A DNA stretch of 63,712 nucleotides, counting the filler, from Sluysia triapertura (lineage: Eukaryota), in the NCBI GenBank assembly GCA_046118255.1. It is 5 parts of 5 records of this genome, joined end to end, with 100 filler letters (N's around TTAATTAATTAA, not from the genome) between each part and the next. Parts side by side here need not be neighbours in the genome. Positions count along the whole stretch, not along the records: positions 41,414 to 52,694 come from JBJNIA010186458.1; positions 52,795 to 63,712 come from JBJNIA010191540.1; 3 more parts are not named here. One strand, 5' to 3'. The translations under genes were made by a program, and so were the position numbers. Within the stretch, counting starts at the first letter, position 1; every line of letters begins with the position of its first letter. Shown here piece by piece: positions 41,830 through 55,789 of the stretch. Below the pieces are notes generated by a model. It did not search any database. It was not told the origin of the DNA and saw only the letters and a program-made list of their open reading frames with translations.

Positions 41830-44230
41830 TTTTATGGCTTCAGTCATAAGATTGACTGCAAACAAAGCATAATTAATGAATGTAATAATGCAATTATAGA
41901 TGTTAATTTCAAATACTTTATTTTGGTCACTATTGTTTATTGAAAAAATTGAGGTTAGCACAGCTGATTTTAGTAAAATGATTTATTATCGTAGTTGCTT
42001 CAGTTGTACTTATATTTGTTATTGATTCTTGTAATACTTATTTAACTTATCATTTACAATTTCAGTAATAATTGGTACTACAAGTGGCCAAAAGTTATTT
42101 GTATTAAATGTTTCATTAGTGGTGAGTATCCAAACATCATGATTATTAGTAGAGTTATAATTAATGCAATAATGAACAGTTTTGTGGCAATTATTAAAAT
42201 AGTTGGTGATGGATCTTTTCCTAGAGATTTTAGGATTATTGAACCTTTTTCATCACCTTAAATTGCGTACTGGATTGTTTAATAGCTTTAGCTTGATTTT
42301 TTAAAGTATTATTATTACATATTTGTCTTCAGAAAGTAATGTAGAATATTCCGTATTAGATATTACATGTTTCCCGTATACTAAAATTAAGTCTCGCTGG
42401 CTTAATACATATATAATGTGCCTCAATATTGGTTTCTATCATTTTTATTTGTACTTCTGCATCACAGTTGTAGAAATATAAGTATTTTGATCTATAAACT
42501 CTTTGGGATCTCTTTGCAATTGAAATTAATGACAGTAATGTAAACAACATTACATTTCGTCGTATTTTTTTAGCTCTTATGATTCTAAGCAGGTATATTA
42601 TAGTGAATATCAAAAGTGCTATTCCTGATGTATTTGTTTGAAAAGTTGAAGAAATCGTGGTGTTCCAGCAGTCAAGATTTTCTGAATTTGGGGTTGATGT
42701 TGGTAGTATTGGTAGATTTAGTGGAGATGTTTGATAACTTTGTTGTAATGCTCTATTTATCGTTGGAGGTAAAAATATGTGTGCTCCTAATGTTATTTTA
42801 AGAAATCCTAGTCTTCCATATACTACAACGTTTTCTAATTTACTTAGTACATCCATACCTATTATAGCTTAACAGGGGCATCTGTCCCAAGTTAATATAG
42901 TTATGAATAATTCTACATCTAAAATTGTTAATTTGCATTGTAATATTCTGTTAAATGTAATATTCGAACTGTCAATAGTAAATAATCTTATGCTAGCTTG
43001 TTGTAACATACTAATTTCTAAGGCATTTAATACATTATAATTAAAGCCAGTATCTATAACTGATCTTACTCATCTCTAGTTAAATTTAATATTTTGTACT
43101 AAATGATTTTGTATATTAAAAGATGTTATCATGTTTAATGAAGAACTTATTAGTGATTTATTTATTGGTTTATTTTCTAATGGTGGGGGGTTTGTTCTTG
43201 TCTTTAATTTTTGGTTTCATTTTTAAAATGCTTTTTGTAATTTTTCTATTTCTCAAATTATACTCTTCTTTCAGTGCTAATTTGCAACGATTTACATGTG
43301 TAACAAAAGTTTTACCGTTAATATCATTTAACATTATATTGATGTTGTTTTAATACCTCATAAGGTCCTGCGTAATTTTGGAGAATATCTTTATTTAGCA
43401 ATTGGATAATCTACTAATACTTTATCTCCAATTTCAAAATTATGTTCCTTGGCCTTTTTATCAAAAATATTTTAATAAGCTTCTTGGTAGTATCTTATCT
43501 GTAATTCTGCGAGTTTCCATGCATCTTGTAAGTTTTCTCTCATTATGGTAACATATTCAGGAATTTTTAAGTATTGCGATGTATTAAGTTTGTTTTATCT
43601 TTCGTACATAAGATAAAATGGTATGAAATTTGTAGCACGATATATCCAACTTAGGTAAGCAAAAAAGTATGGTGCTACACAAAGATCCTTATATTTCTGT
43701 CTCTCGTCCACATAAGATTGTAACACATTTATTAAGGTTCTATTAAACCTTTCCACTAATCAGTCTATTTGTGCATGTGATAAGATGAAGTATATATTTT
43801 TAAAATATTAAATACTTTGTCAGAGATTTGATTACATCAATGGTAAAATTGGTACTTTGATCAGTTAAAAGTTTTCCTGGAGTTCCATATCTCTATATTA
43901 TTTTTTCTACTAATATTTGTGCTACAGTTTCAGCCTTCTGACTTGGTACTGGATAAGTTTTGGGCCATTTTGTCAGATAATCAGCAAATACAAATATATT
44001 TATTTCCGCTTACCGTCTACGGTAATGGCCTCATTATATCCATTTCTGTGAATTCTATTAGTGTTAGTGGCATAGACATTGGTTTTAGCAATACCTTAGT
44101 TTTTGTTCAAGTAATTTTTCTTCTACAACATATTGCACAATATTTACACCACTTTTTTATGATTACTGAATCTCCTGTCATTTTTATTTTTTGAAATTGC
44201 CCATGGATATTTGTAAATAACTTTATATAA
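41830..44230 (-). mobile_element. Decayed Gypsy-type LTR retrotransposon: integrase, then aspartic protease, then env-like region
   Basis: IN: SGNKYIFVFADYLTKWP...YGTPGKLLTDQSTNFT...HVNRCK; protease: VIDTG (43046-43054)...AIIGMDVL; then two hydrophobic segments and a Cys-containing region. Confidence 0.8.
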
Positions 44231-44409
44231 TATCTCTTTTTGTTGTTTGGTCAAATTCTTATTTTTTTAAATTTGTTTTTCTTCGTAATCCATTTCATCT
44301 TTGTTATTTATATTTTTTTTAATTTTATATTCTTGTTCTTTGGTTTACTACTGGATACCTTATTGCGATTATACTTTATAACTTACTATTTCTCCTAGCT
44401 TAGTACCAT

Positions 44410-44477
44410 CTGACCGCGGATCGAACCCAGGACTTCTGGCTGCGCAGTTTGATGCTCTACCACCGAGCCATCAGCCC
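44410..44477 (-). repeat. tRNA-Ala-derived repeat or pseudogene
   Basis: GGGCTGATGGCTCGGTGGTAGAGCATCAAACTGCGCAGCCAGAAGTCCTGGGTTCGATCCGCGGTCAG. Confidence 0.8.
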
Positions 44478-45099
44478 AGTCAATTATACCAAATGGCATC
44501 TTAGGCCTACATCAGGTTTTTCTACGAAAATTCATCCTTAGATGTAATTCAGAGTGTTGATATCTGTAATGACCATATTTTTTGAAGAAATAACAAAGTA
44601 AATTATAAAACCAACATAATAAATCCAAATTCTTTACATGACCAACGTGTTTTAATTACACAACGAGGAGTGGTTCGAAAAGTAAAAATGTTTTATTTAT
44701 TTGGTTCAATCATCGCCTAACTTTCATTATATTGAAATCTGAAAGTTGTTTATTGTTATTCATATTTTCATAATAATTAAATGTTCACTATTGTTTACTA
44801 TCGTTTAAAATAATTATTAGATTAAGCCGATCGAGTATATCATGAATATTTCCAATAGTATATTCTTTTTTAACATTCAACTTGGAAAAATCAACCAAAG
44901 CAATGCAAATTAAAGCATTAATTAATTTTGTGGCTGTGTGGAGAGGGCTTTTTCTTTTTAAATTTTAAAAAATTATGTAAAAATTTTCAATTAACATGGA
45001 ACAATTTAAACAAAACTTATAAGTAATTAACAATAATTTAAATAAATAAGTTACAATTGACAAAGTAGGCTTACAAATTGAACAAACGACAGAGTTCGA

Positions 45100-45980
45100 T
45101 TTTGTATTAACGAGAATAAGAAAAACATAAAGAGCATTAATGAATGAATTGCATAATATTTTACCATTTTTACCAATTTAATCTGCACGATCATCAATAG
45201 TAACTGGATTTGAATGTGCTGAAGCTAATAGAGTGTCTTTATCCAATGTATTAATTGATTTCAATTTATCTTCCCCAGTTTTTGCTAATGTTATTAAATG
45301 TTTAACTTCATATTTTGTAAGGTTCGGTGCTTTACAAATATATTGTAGCATATCTAGTAGACCTAAATATCTACCTTTGTAAAAATCAAAAATACGTTCA
45401 ACCGTTTAGTATTCATTTCTAATAAAACGAGCAACAATTTCAGTCAATCACAATTTACAAAAACAATATTCTATTTTTGTTTATTAGATAAAAATATCTC
45501 TAGCCATAATTAACGTGTAGCGAATAATATGAATTCGTATGGTAAGAGAAAAATACTTATTAGTAAATTAAAACTAAGACTTGCGATACAAAACAAAAGA
45601 AAATTTACTTGAAGGAATGGCAAAAATTTGTAATCATAAATTAAAACATTAATCATTTTCGATAGCATATATAGTAAAATAAATAATAATACGACACCAT
45701 AGTGAAATACTATTAAATGTCCATATTTGATTATTTCGTTTGTATTCATGATAAATGGAATGAAAAAGTACGAAACCATAATTAGAGTTAAGCCAAAGTT
45801 ATCGTCTTCTACACACTTCCCATTTGTCAATAATACTGCAAAACTGTCCAGGATTATAAATTGAAAAGCTAACTTTAAATTATTGACCTTGTATTTAGAT
45901 GTAATTTCATTGTAAAAATTGTCAGCGACACGCGAAGTAATACAGGAAATTGATAATGGGCAAATTAGTAAGTAATTCAT
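45100..45980 (-). pseudogene. Disrupted multi-pass membrane protein gene of unknown family
   Basis: 156-aa hydrophobic ORF; coding-like sequence continues after a stop and a frameshift (EIVARFIRNEY*TVERIFDFYKGRYLGLLDMLQYICKAP...). Confidence 0.45.
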
Positions 45981-47357
45981 AAGATAAATGAGTCAAGTGA
46001 CTATTGATGAAATACAATTATTTCCACCGTACTTACAAAGAATGCTTGAGGTGGCATTAGCACAACAATAAATTACTGACTTTGACTTAACATATTATCG
46101 GGAAGGAATATGAATTCTGTTGGAGGAATTTTGAAATTTGGTGTTGAGTACCAAGACCATGTTCATGTAAATTTTAGAATTTTCGTTATATTTTTATTGC
46201 TCTAGTAATTTATATTCAATGATATTTATCTTCAGATAAAACTTAGAGTTATATTTTGAACATAGTTAAGTGATATTTCGTAAGATAGATGGTTTCATTA
46301 ATTGTATAAGTAGTTTACACTGCATTGTAACTCAGTTTAGAGTTAATTTCAACTACAATACTTAGTAAGTGTAATGAGCAAGAGGTTATTAAAATTTACA
46401 AGGCCCAAAAAAAGGAACAACACACTGCACATGATGCTAGGCAATAATAAAAAGACATGATTGGTTTAGAATATAAAATAATAAATGAACAAATTAAATT
46501 TGAATCCAAAATATGACTTGGTGAAGTATTTCGAATTTATATAATAAATGTTGATTTTGTCAATTTTATGTGAAATTGACATTGCTTTGCTTCCAAAAGG
46601 GGGTAAACTTGAATCTCTGAGGTTATTTAAATCAGAATTTTCTTCATTGTTAACCACTATCTTAAAAACGTTATTGAGTCTATTTGTAACTAAATTATAA
46701 AAAGAAAAATATCCAAAACGATCTTTTCTTAAATTCATTTCTTTTTCTACGATCCGTGGCACAATTTCGCACAATTGTTAATCATCAAATAATAAATTAT
46801 AGTTACTATATGTTTATGTGCACCATTCTTAGATGGACCAACATTAGTTATAATACGTATGATATAGCATTGTTTCGAAATTACTCTTTTGAGTCGTAAG
46901 CTGAAAAACAAAAAGTTCTTCGTCCTGGTCAGTTATGTGAACTTTTATAAAGTTTAGATACAGTTTCAATGATTTCAAATTTACTGATACATTTATACAT
47001 TTTCATCACGAAGAAATTGATAATATTTTTATTTTCCCCTTTGATGTGGACTTTATGACACCTTAGGAATAATTCTTAGGATTCATTAAAAGCCTCACAG
47101 ATTGTAAATGACCATTAAGTTTGGCTAACGTTACTAAATGTAATGTAGAACTTGGTAACAGCTAATTACTATTTGATTTCATGAGAATTTGAGAGAAATA
47201 ATATAAAGTAATATTAGTAGATTAACAATAAAAATTATTAATTAAGTTTCGTCATTGAAGTATGAATTGGCAGCTGCTGTAGCCAAATAAAGTCACTTCA
47301 TTAATTTTTCATTATTTATTATCCAGCATAATTAAGTACATAATTAATTTAGAATAT

Positions 47358-47753
47358 TGTTAGGATATCATCACAACCCTTTAAAAAATACAAAACCATA
47401 AAAAGAAATCGCAATTTCCTAAAAAGAAAATTATTTTCATAAAAAAGAAAACTTATTTTCTAAAAAATAAAATCCCTTACTAAAAATAGAAAAGAAGTTA
47501 CTATAACATTTTGGAATTTCACTCGCTTATATAAATAGCTTCTATAAATAGCTGCAGTTAATCATAACATCATAATTTTGGATGCCATTTTGAATTCAAC
47601 TTTTAATTTCATTTTTGGCTGATCAATCTATTCTATTGGTTTCATTTGTCACTTAGATTTTGACAATTTTGAAACTTAGCAATTCTATTTTCCTATTCGT
47701 GAATTCAACGTCAATCTTTATTCCATGTTATCTGTAAGTTGTTTTTTGTAACA
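47358..47753 (+). repeat. Dispersed repeat, possible solo LTR
   Basis: Starts TGTTAGG..ATCACAACCCT, has AAAAAGAAAA subrepeats and TATAAATAGC, ends TAACA; related copies at ~49865-50273 (+) and ~51050-51225 (-). No TSD found. Confidence 0.45.
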
Positions 47754-49472
47754 CGTTTTTATTTTTGTAGAGGAAATAAGAATACTAAATTCGACTTAAA
47801 TTATTTTTGTAATTGAATTTTCTTTATAGCGATTTAACGAGTGGAATATTTTTAATTTAAAATTTAATCATTAAAGATTTGTAAAACTTACTTTAGAGTG
47901 CGAGTTATGAATAATTGCATGTGCGTATATCAGGTAGTAACTTTACTTGATACTTAAACTCTGAACTCTAAAGTTTTGCCTAGGAAATGTTAATCAAAAT
48001 TCAAGAATCTAAATTATTATTGTTAATGTAAACTTCCTTCAATAATCTATTTTACAAGTGATATCTATATTTTATATATTATACTTATTTTATCTGGAAG
48101 TGTGGATTCGAATACTCGTCTCAGGTGTTTGAGATGGAAGTACTTATCTTTAGTTTTACAAATTAGTTTTTATTGTGTTATTCTTACAACATTACCTTAT
48201 CAAAACTTTGCTTTACTTCATTCACTTTACCAAATCTTTAATTTCGATTTAAATCTCATATCTTCAATCTCCCTTTAATTGAATATGAACAAAAGAGTCA
48301 CTAAATTTTATTAAAGTTATAGTTAACTATTTTAACCAAAAAAATATTTAAATATTGAAGTGGAAAAAATATTTAACTAAATATTTACATTAATACGTTA
48401 GTCAAAAATTTGTACAAACTAGAACAATAATCAACAACCAATGAATCTCGAATTTATATTATTTCTATTTAAACTAATTTTAAATTGATACTAAAGCATT
48501 ATAATCTTTGTAATTTTTGAGCATTATTATTTTAATTATTTTTTTTAATGAGTTTATTTTAAAATGTTAATAGTAAAAATGAGTATTATGTTTAAAATTC
48601 TTTTACAAAATATTACAATATATAATTTATTGCAATGCAATTTATTTTTATTTTTACTATTATACTAAATATAAATACGTTTGTTTAACATTAATAATTT
48701 GACTTTATAATCAAATAACCTTTTGTTTAATATTTACATTGTTCAAACAATGTATTAATAAAATTAATATCTGAATGTATCAAATTGTTATAATTAAACT
48801 AACTAGAAAATTGTATGTATATATTATATGTTAATACATTTATTTTAGTCACACGTAACAATTGATTAAATTGTAATTAAATATTTATGGAACTAAGTAA
48901 AATATTTGTTACACGAATATTTATGTAAAATAATAACAATAGAAACATCACTAGGGTAGTAAATAATTGTAGATAATAACTATTTAATAAATTCTAAAAA
49001 GATTGTAATTCAATCCAATAATGAGTGAATACATAAATCGTGAAGGTTAAAATTGAATTAAATTAACCCTCTTACGAGAAAGTTTTCTGTCAAGCCATGC
49101 GTTTTCTGGTTAATCAGGCACATTGTGTTGAATAAAAGATGTTATACTAATTGATCTAATATTTTTGTATATCTATTGAGTTAAGAACATACGTCTATTT
49201 CTAAAATCTAACATAGTTATTGTATTTTTTATTAAGAATAGATTGTATATGCTAATATTGTATTTTTAATGCATTGTTTGCGCATTGCGAAATTTATCAA
49301 GCAAGTCAATAAACAAAGTGAAAAATCACAGTCACGATATTAACTTATTTTACTTTGCTAGGTTGACCTTCATAAATTATGTTTCCATCCTTCAAAATAA
49401 TGACATTTATATGTAATTTTTTTACTACTGATAATAACAGTAATAAAATAATAATAATAATTAAAAATTAAC

Positions 49473-49739
49473 CTCTGGAAGTCTAGATCCAGGAATATAC
49501 GGAAAGTCATGATGTTCATTGTGATATCCAACATTAAATGTTATAAGGTTCAATATTCCATAATAAGAATACGTTTCATAACCCTTTTTGAACATATAAT
49601 GTTCTGATATGAAATGTCCAGCAATTGGATGCAAACCCAGACTTAAAAACGTACTACTGGTTAAATAAACCAAAGCGTTGAATCCGACAAGTTTGACATA
49701 AACGTAATCAAAAATAAATTGTAAAACCGCATTAATGTA
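49473..49739 (-). CDS. DEGS1: Sphingolipid delta(4)-desaturase internal exon (89 codons)
   Basis: [50 protein letters not shown] (third His box); TTTCAG acceptor and GAG|GT donor. Confidence 0.95.
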
Positions 49740-52620
49740 CTGAAATTAAAAAAACTTTGGTAAACAAAAACAAAAATATATTTTGATTTTTTCGATACAA
49801 TTATATTTTAAGATTATAAATATATCATCTAAAATCCAAATTTAGTATGCCGTTAGATATCTTATGTTAGGTTGCCATCACGAACCTCTAAAATTACATA
49901 AATATTATTAAAAATATTATTAAATAATTTAAAAAATATTTTAGAGTTTCCAAATATCCAAAAAAGAAAATAGAAATTCTAAAAAAGAAAATTTGTTTCG
50001 ATAAATAGAATGTTCTAAAACATTTTTAAGAAATTTCTATTTTACTGTATATTCATTTTGGAAAATAATAGAATTATTTATCTTAAAAAAATTCAAATTT
50101 GCATTAAAAGATCACTGTTTTATGCAGACATATTTAACAATTTAACGATTTAATAAAATAAGATACTTAGTCAAATTTCTCGAATAAAATCCAATCATTA
50201 ATTATGTGGAGTTAAATTTTTTGAGACTTCGACGGATAATTTTTAAAGTCTGTTTACTTCCATCTTTAAAACAAGAGATAAGTTAAATTCACGACTTCAC
50301 ATATCACGATAATATATATTTTATTTAATAATATATATATTTAGTATTATTTTAAGTCTTGTAAAAGTTTAGGTAATTTGAACATAGTAAAACAATAAAT
50401 GTTAACGATCACAAACAAATCTAAATGTAATGCTGTGGTTTTCCTAACACTAAAAAATAAAAATGAGCAGGTCCACTTACAGAAAACCACTTACTACGTA
50501 GAGTGGGTGTTCTTTTAATTATCAATAAATAATTCTTAAGATAAAATATCTTTCTTATTAATTTTCCTACCCAATTATAGATTTCACTAATGCACTTATA
50601 TTTTTACTCCAGAAGAGTCTTAAAATTTAACAAAATTCAAATAATTTAATGTTTACTTTCTTACAGTTTACCTTGATTTCTTTTACGTGCTTTTGTAAAT
50701 TATTCCTTTATAAATGAATCAATAATTTCACAAATATTTATATTAAAAACAAACAACAATAATGAATTATTTAATGTAAAATGTTTTTTAAAAATAAAGC
50801 TGGTAAAAGAATAGACACAAAGTAATAAAGTTTAAGATTAAATATTATAATTAAAACCATTTAATTTGAAATAAAATTAAAATTTAGAATTGATTTTATT
50901 CTAAATATATCGGAAATCTAATTATGTTAAATTAATATTTCCTTAACAAAAATAACTTTTGATTGACATGGAAAATTGAGAATATTGATTGAATCGCATT
51001 GGATTGACTGAATTATTGATTGCAAATTTACAAAATTTACAAAATTGTCAAAGAAAAGCGAGTTTATGTTCTGGAACATTCTAGAAACTTCTATTTTATT
51101 TTTAAAAACGAATCTTCTTTTTTTGGAAATAAATTTCTTTTTGGAAAATTAAGATTTTTTGAACGATTTTAAAGATTTTGTTAGTATTTTTAAATAATTT
51201 AGAGGATTGTGATATCAACCTAACAATAATACAGTTAAGAAGTATCGCACTCATTTTAAAGATATTTAAATTATATGACGTTACAATATAAAAATAACAA
51301 AATTTATTGCAACCACTTCGCAATATCACAAATTCGTAAAATGTTAGAATGAGTTTTAAAAAATATCAGAAACCACGTAAAAAATACTTAAGAAAATATC
51401 TTCATAAAACTTCATATAGTATCCAAAAGCACCTACGAATCAAAAGTAGGCGCCAATACAAACAAGCAAAGCACATATAACTGATAAATGTACACAGTTA
51501 AAATTATAATATAATTCATAATCAATTATATGCAGAATATAATTAAATTATATAATAAATTATGATATAATTAAATTGGTTAGATAATAAAATTCATTAT
51601 AATGATGAAAATTGAATAATTATTGATGATATTTTATTATGAATATAAAAGCACTATAAATAGTGTTGAAGAATAGCAAAAAATTATAATTGAATTAGTA
51701 ACATAAATATTTGGATCATTGACTTTGATTTTGTCTCTTCGAAAAAGATTATTAAAGCCAATACTGGTCGGATAGCAACAATTAATTGGCATGTACTTAA
51801 ATTCTGGGCATTAGGATTATTTGTTTCTTCAATAAGTGCAATTTTCTAAAATTAAAATTTTTAGAGAGCTTCTGTTTAATTAAGGCAGCTTTCTATAGCA
51901 TTAAAACGTTGATTTAACGTTTAAATTAGTGTAATTTATCAATTTATACTTGAACTCAGATTTGTAAATAACATTCTATCTTTATGGAACACGATAACTT
52001 ATAATTAAAAGTTTGTAGTTTAACTAAATGTGTTAGAATTATTTTATCTCAGTTTTATCACAGAACTGGAAACTATAATAAAATGAATAAAGATAAAAAA
52101 TTAAATAAATGTATTATTTAGAAATATCAGAAAGTACAATAAAATCTCAGATTTTTATAAAGTGTACGAGTTAAATTTAAATTGATTATATTTATAAACC
52201 TATTGTAATTTTAAAATAACAAGATTAATTGATTTAAATGAACCATTTTCAATCAAATTTTTAAAAAAATTAATATACTTACATTGTAGTAGAAATAATA
52301 GAAAATAAATTAAATATGTTTATATCAAAAAACACAATTTTTTAGAATTTTTATGATTAAAAAATTAAAATTAAGAAATTAAAATTCTAAGTTACTTATT
52401 GCAAATTTACTTATTACATAAAATTAATCAAATAGCAACTTTCAATATTTCAATGTTTATAAATAAAATTTCTATTAATATCTCAGTAACAATAATGCCA
52501 AAATAAATGTAAAAATATGAAATATAATAATAAAACAATTAAAATAAACTAAAACAGCTTCCTTAAACTTAAATTTACATTTGCTGGTCTCATAAGACAA
52601 GTAAATATGGATTTAAATTA

Positions 52621-52694
52621 TACACCTATCCCCCGATTTACACGGTAGATACGTTCCTGAGAAAAACGTGTAAATCGAAAATTAAAAATTTTCA
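52621..52694 (+). mobile_element. Tigger/pogo-type MITE left end, cut by the linker
   Basis: TA|CACCTATCCCCCGATTTACACGGTAGATACGTTCC...CGTGTAAATCG with an internal palindrome. Confidence 0.6.
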
Positions 52695-52794
52695 NNNNNN
52701 NNNNNNNNNNNNNNNNNNNNNNNNNNNNNNNNNNNNNNTTAATTAATTAANNNNNNNNNNNNNNNNNNNNNNNNNNNNNNNNNNNNNNNNNNNN

Positions 52795-52824
52795 GCGAAT
52801 GCTCTACCACTGAGCTATCAGCCC
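52795..52824 (-). repeat. tRNA-Ala-derived repeat, 5' half
   Basis: Reverse complement GGGCTGATAGCTCAGTGGTAGAGCATTCGC, truncated by the gap. Confidence 0.75.
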
Positions 52825-53094
52825 CGTCTAACAATTTCAGATTTAATATATTCAATTATACTACTTGGCACTTTTTAGGCCTTTTACCCCAACAGAATGT
52901 GATTTTATATGAAATGTGTTGAATTAAGTTTTCAATGTTTTGAATTAATTTTTTAATTAAATCTTTGATGATTTCGGTATTAAATGTTAATTTGATGTTA
53001 TATAATTTTATGTTTAGGAGTATTAAGAATTATGAAATGTTTTGACTAGTGATTTTGTTGTGTTGTTGAAATAAAACTTTAAAATATTGGGTTA

Positions 53095-53129
<35 letters not shown>

Positions 53130-54929
53130 CATTATTGTTATTGTAATATTTTGTACTCATTTGTGTTAACATTTTTAAACAAAATACTAAGTTTTACTAT
53201 TAACATTTTATAAATAAAGTAATAATGTTAACCTTTTATAATTAAATAAAATAAACTTAATTTTAATAAAATAATGTTAAAATAATTAATAATCTTAAAA
53301 TAATTGTTAAAATAATAATGCTCAAAAAATTACTAAGATTATAATGCTTTAATATTAATTTAAATTTAGATTACACACAGTTGATATAAATTCCAAATTT
53401 AATAATAAATAAAAATCAAATTTAAATTAAAGTTGTATAAAAAAAACATTTTAAAGTGAGATTCAATAAAGAGAATATGAAATTTAAATTTATAAACATT
53501 AAGGTTAAGAAATTAATAATAACAATATGAATTCAAACTTTAAGAGCATAAAACTCATTCAAAAATCACTTAAATTAAAGATTTGACTGAATGGACAAAA
53601 CTATATGAAATCAAAATTTAAAAGCATTATAATCGAATAAAATCATACTAAATTGAGATTGAATAAAGTTAGTGTAAAAGCAAATTTTTAAAATATTATA
53701 TTAAAAAATAGTTAAAATTAATTGGCCAAAATAATTTTTGATTAAATATATTGAATTGTTACTATACTATAAGTAATAATATTTAGTAATAATATTGTAT
53801 ATATTTTGAATTGTTAGATTATTTAGTAATACTATTGTATTTGTAGCAATAATATACTACTAGATTATTTACTAATAACATTGTATATATTTTGAATTTG
53901 TAGTAGTAATAATTCTGAATTGTTAATTGGATCATTTAGTAATAATATTGATTGTTATTACCATTTGCAATTCGTTGTATATATTTGTTCTATATTTTGC
54001 GTAATAATAATTTTGAATTAATATTGATTGTTAATTGGACTTACGAATGTAATAGCAACAAATTTTATAATAAAACACAGAAAAATTTTGTATTAGGACC
54101 TTATGACAAATTTTTGGGAAATCAGTGGATGTCGATATAGTGGAGAAATTTTACGACTGTTGACTTATTAAGTAATGATTATTTTCGGCATTAAATTAAT
54201 TTTACATGCATAACTTACATCTTGATTAAAATAAAGTTTGAATTTTAGAATAAAATTATATTTGTTTAATAAATACTTAGTGTCGATTATTATATTTATT
54301 TTGTATGAGACTAAATTAGAGCACTTAGGATTAAGGAATATAATTAATATAAAATTTAATAAAGTCTAAGATCAGAACGGAATAAAATTTATAGAAAGTT
54401 TGGTGTTGAAACATACAAAAAGAATTAAAGTTGAAATTTTTAGTAAGCACTTCCATTTCAGACGAGTACTCGAATTCATACTTCTAGATAAGGTGAACAA
54501 AATAGAAAGTACAGATAGCATTTGTTGAATAAATTAATAGAAAGGATTTATATTGACAAAAGATTATACCTTGAGTTAAATTTAAGTAAGAGTATTATTA
54601 AATAAGTTTAAATTATTACCAGAGAGTAATAAATAAATTTATATTATTACTAGAAGACCACGAGTCCATTACAAGCGCATACAAATTTGTTAAAATATAA
54701 ACAAATAACTTTAATTTTTTACATTATTATTTTTATTAATTATTAATATTAATACTATTCATATAAAATGATAGTATGGGCAGAAATTACGGATTTAAAT
54801 AATAAGGCATACAAACACTGATTAGCTAATTTTATAATAATTTAAATTAAAACATACCTGATAATTTTCATTTCTTATTATTATTATTATTATTTATTTT
54901 ACGTTCTCGTTGTAACACTTACATTGGAC

Positions 54930-55445
54930 ATATATATTTACAAATCATTAAAATTTACAAATGAATTATGAAGATAATGTTAATTTGAAAAGTATGGAAT
55001 AATGTGAAACATAAAACATTATTTGAAGATAATTGTGATAGTGGAATTGTATTAGTAAATATGACTTAGAATTAAATCAAATGAGATAATTTTGATATAA
55101 TTTGTTTATCGGTATAATATTAGTAGTATGGAATGCAAAATTTATAATTATCTTAGTATCTTTCTCTCTATTCATGCTTACATTTCACGAATATATCATA
55201 AACAATAATTTTGGTACTTGTACATAAGATGCTGGATATTTTGTAATATTTTAACTATTTTTCTCGCAATGCAACACGAAGTATTGTTTATACTCTTGTT
55301 GGTGGTACTGCTAAATGGATTGATGGTTCTAAATCGGCACAATATTTTGAACTAGCTGGAATATACGAAGATAATACTTTTATGTAATCATAAAACAGTG
55401 CAACATTAATGCATTATAAAATTTCTAGATGTGATTAAATAATTT
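54930..55445 (+). pseudogene. Decayed paralog of the 59961-60635 ORF
   Basis: Colinear nucleotide identity (AATTTACAAATGAATTAT, GGAATTGTATTAGTAAATATGACTT, GGATATTTTGTAATATT, GCACAATATTTTGAACTA, shared 3' UTR TCATAAAACAG...TTTCTAGATGTGATTA) with many deletions. Confidence 0.9.
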
Positions 55446-55789
55446 ATTATATTTAATTTTCTATCTAAATTAATATGCAACAAAAGTTAGACTCGAGTTG
55501 TACCTTAGATTTAAATTAAAACTTGTTCAAGTGATTTATTAATTTAGAATATTATCATTAAACAATGTTCTTTCTACATTATCATACTACGACGGAGATA
55601 GAATAGAAGCTTCAAATTAATTCGAAATCAAAGCTATTTGTGACAAATCTAGATTATCTTATCAGATAACAAGTACATTTATTAAATAATAAAATCTTAA
55701 AACTCTATATTTAAATGCTTATTTGGATAATTTAAGTTAAGTCAAGTATCTTATATATAAATTAAAACATATTTAAGTGATCCTCTAAA

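Noticed and set aside
1986-45510. Stop-codon reassignment (frequent in-frame TAA/TAG in coding-like frames)
   Set aside because: Intact cadherin and DEGS1 exons have no internal stops, and most stop-containing regions also carry frameshifts, which fits pseudogene decay.
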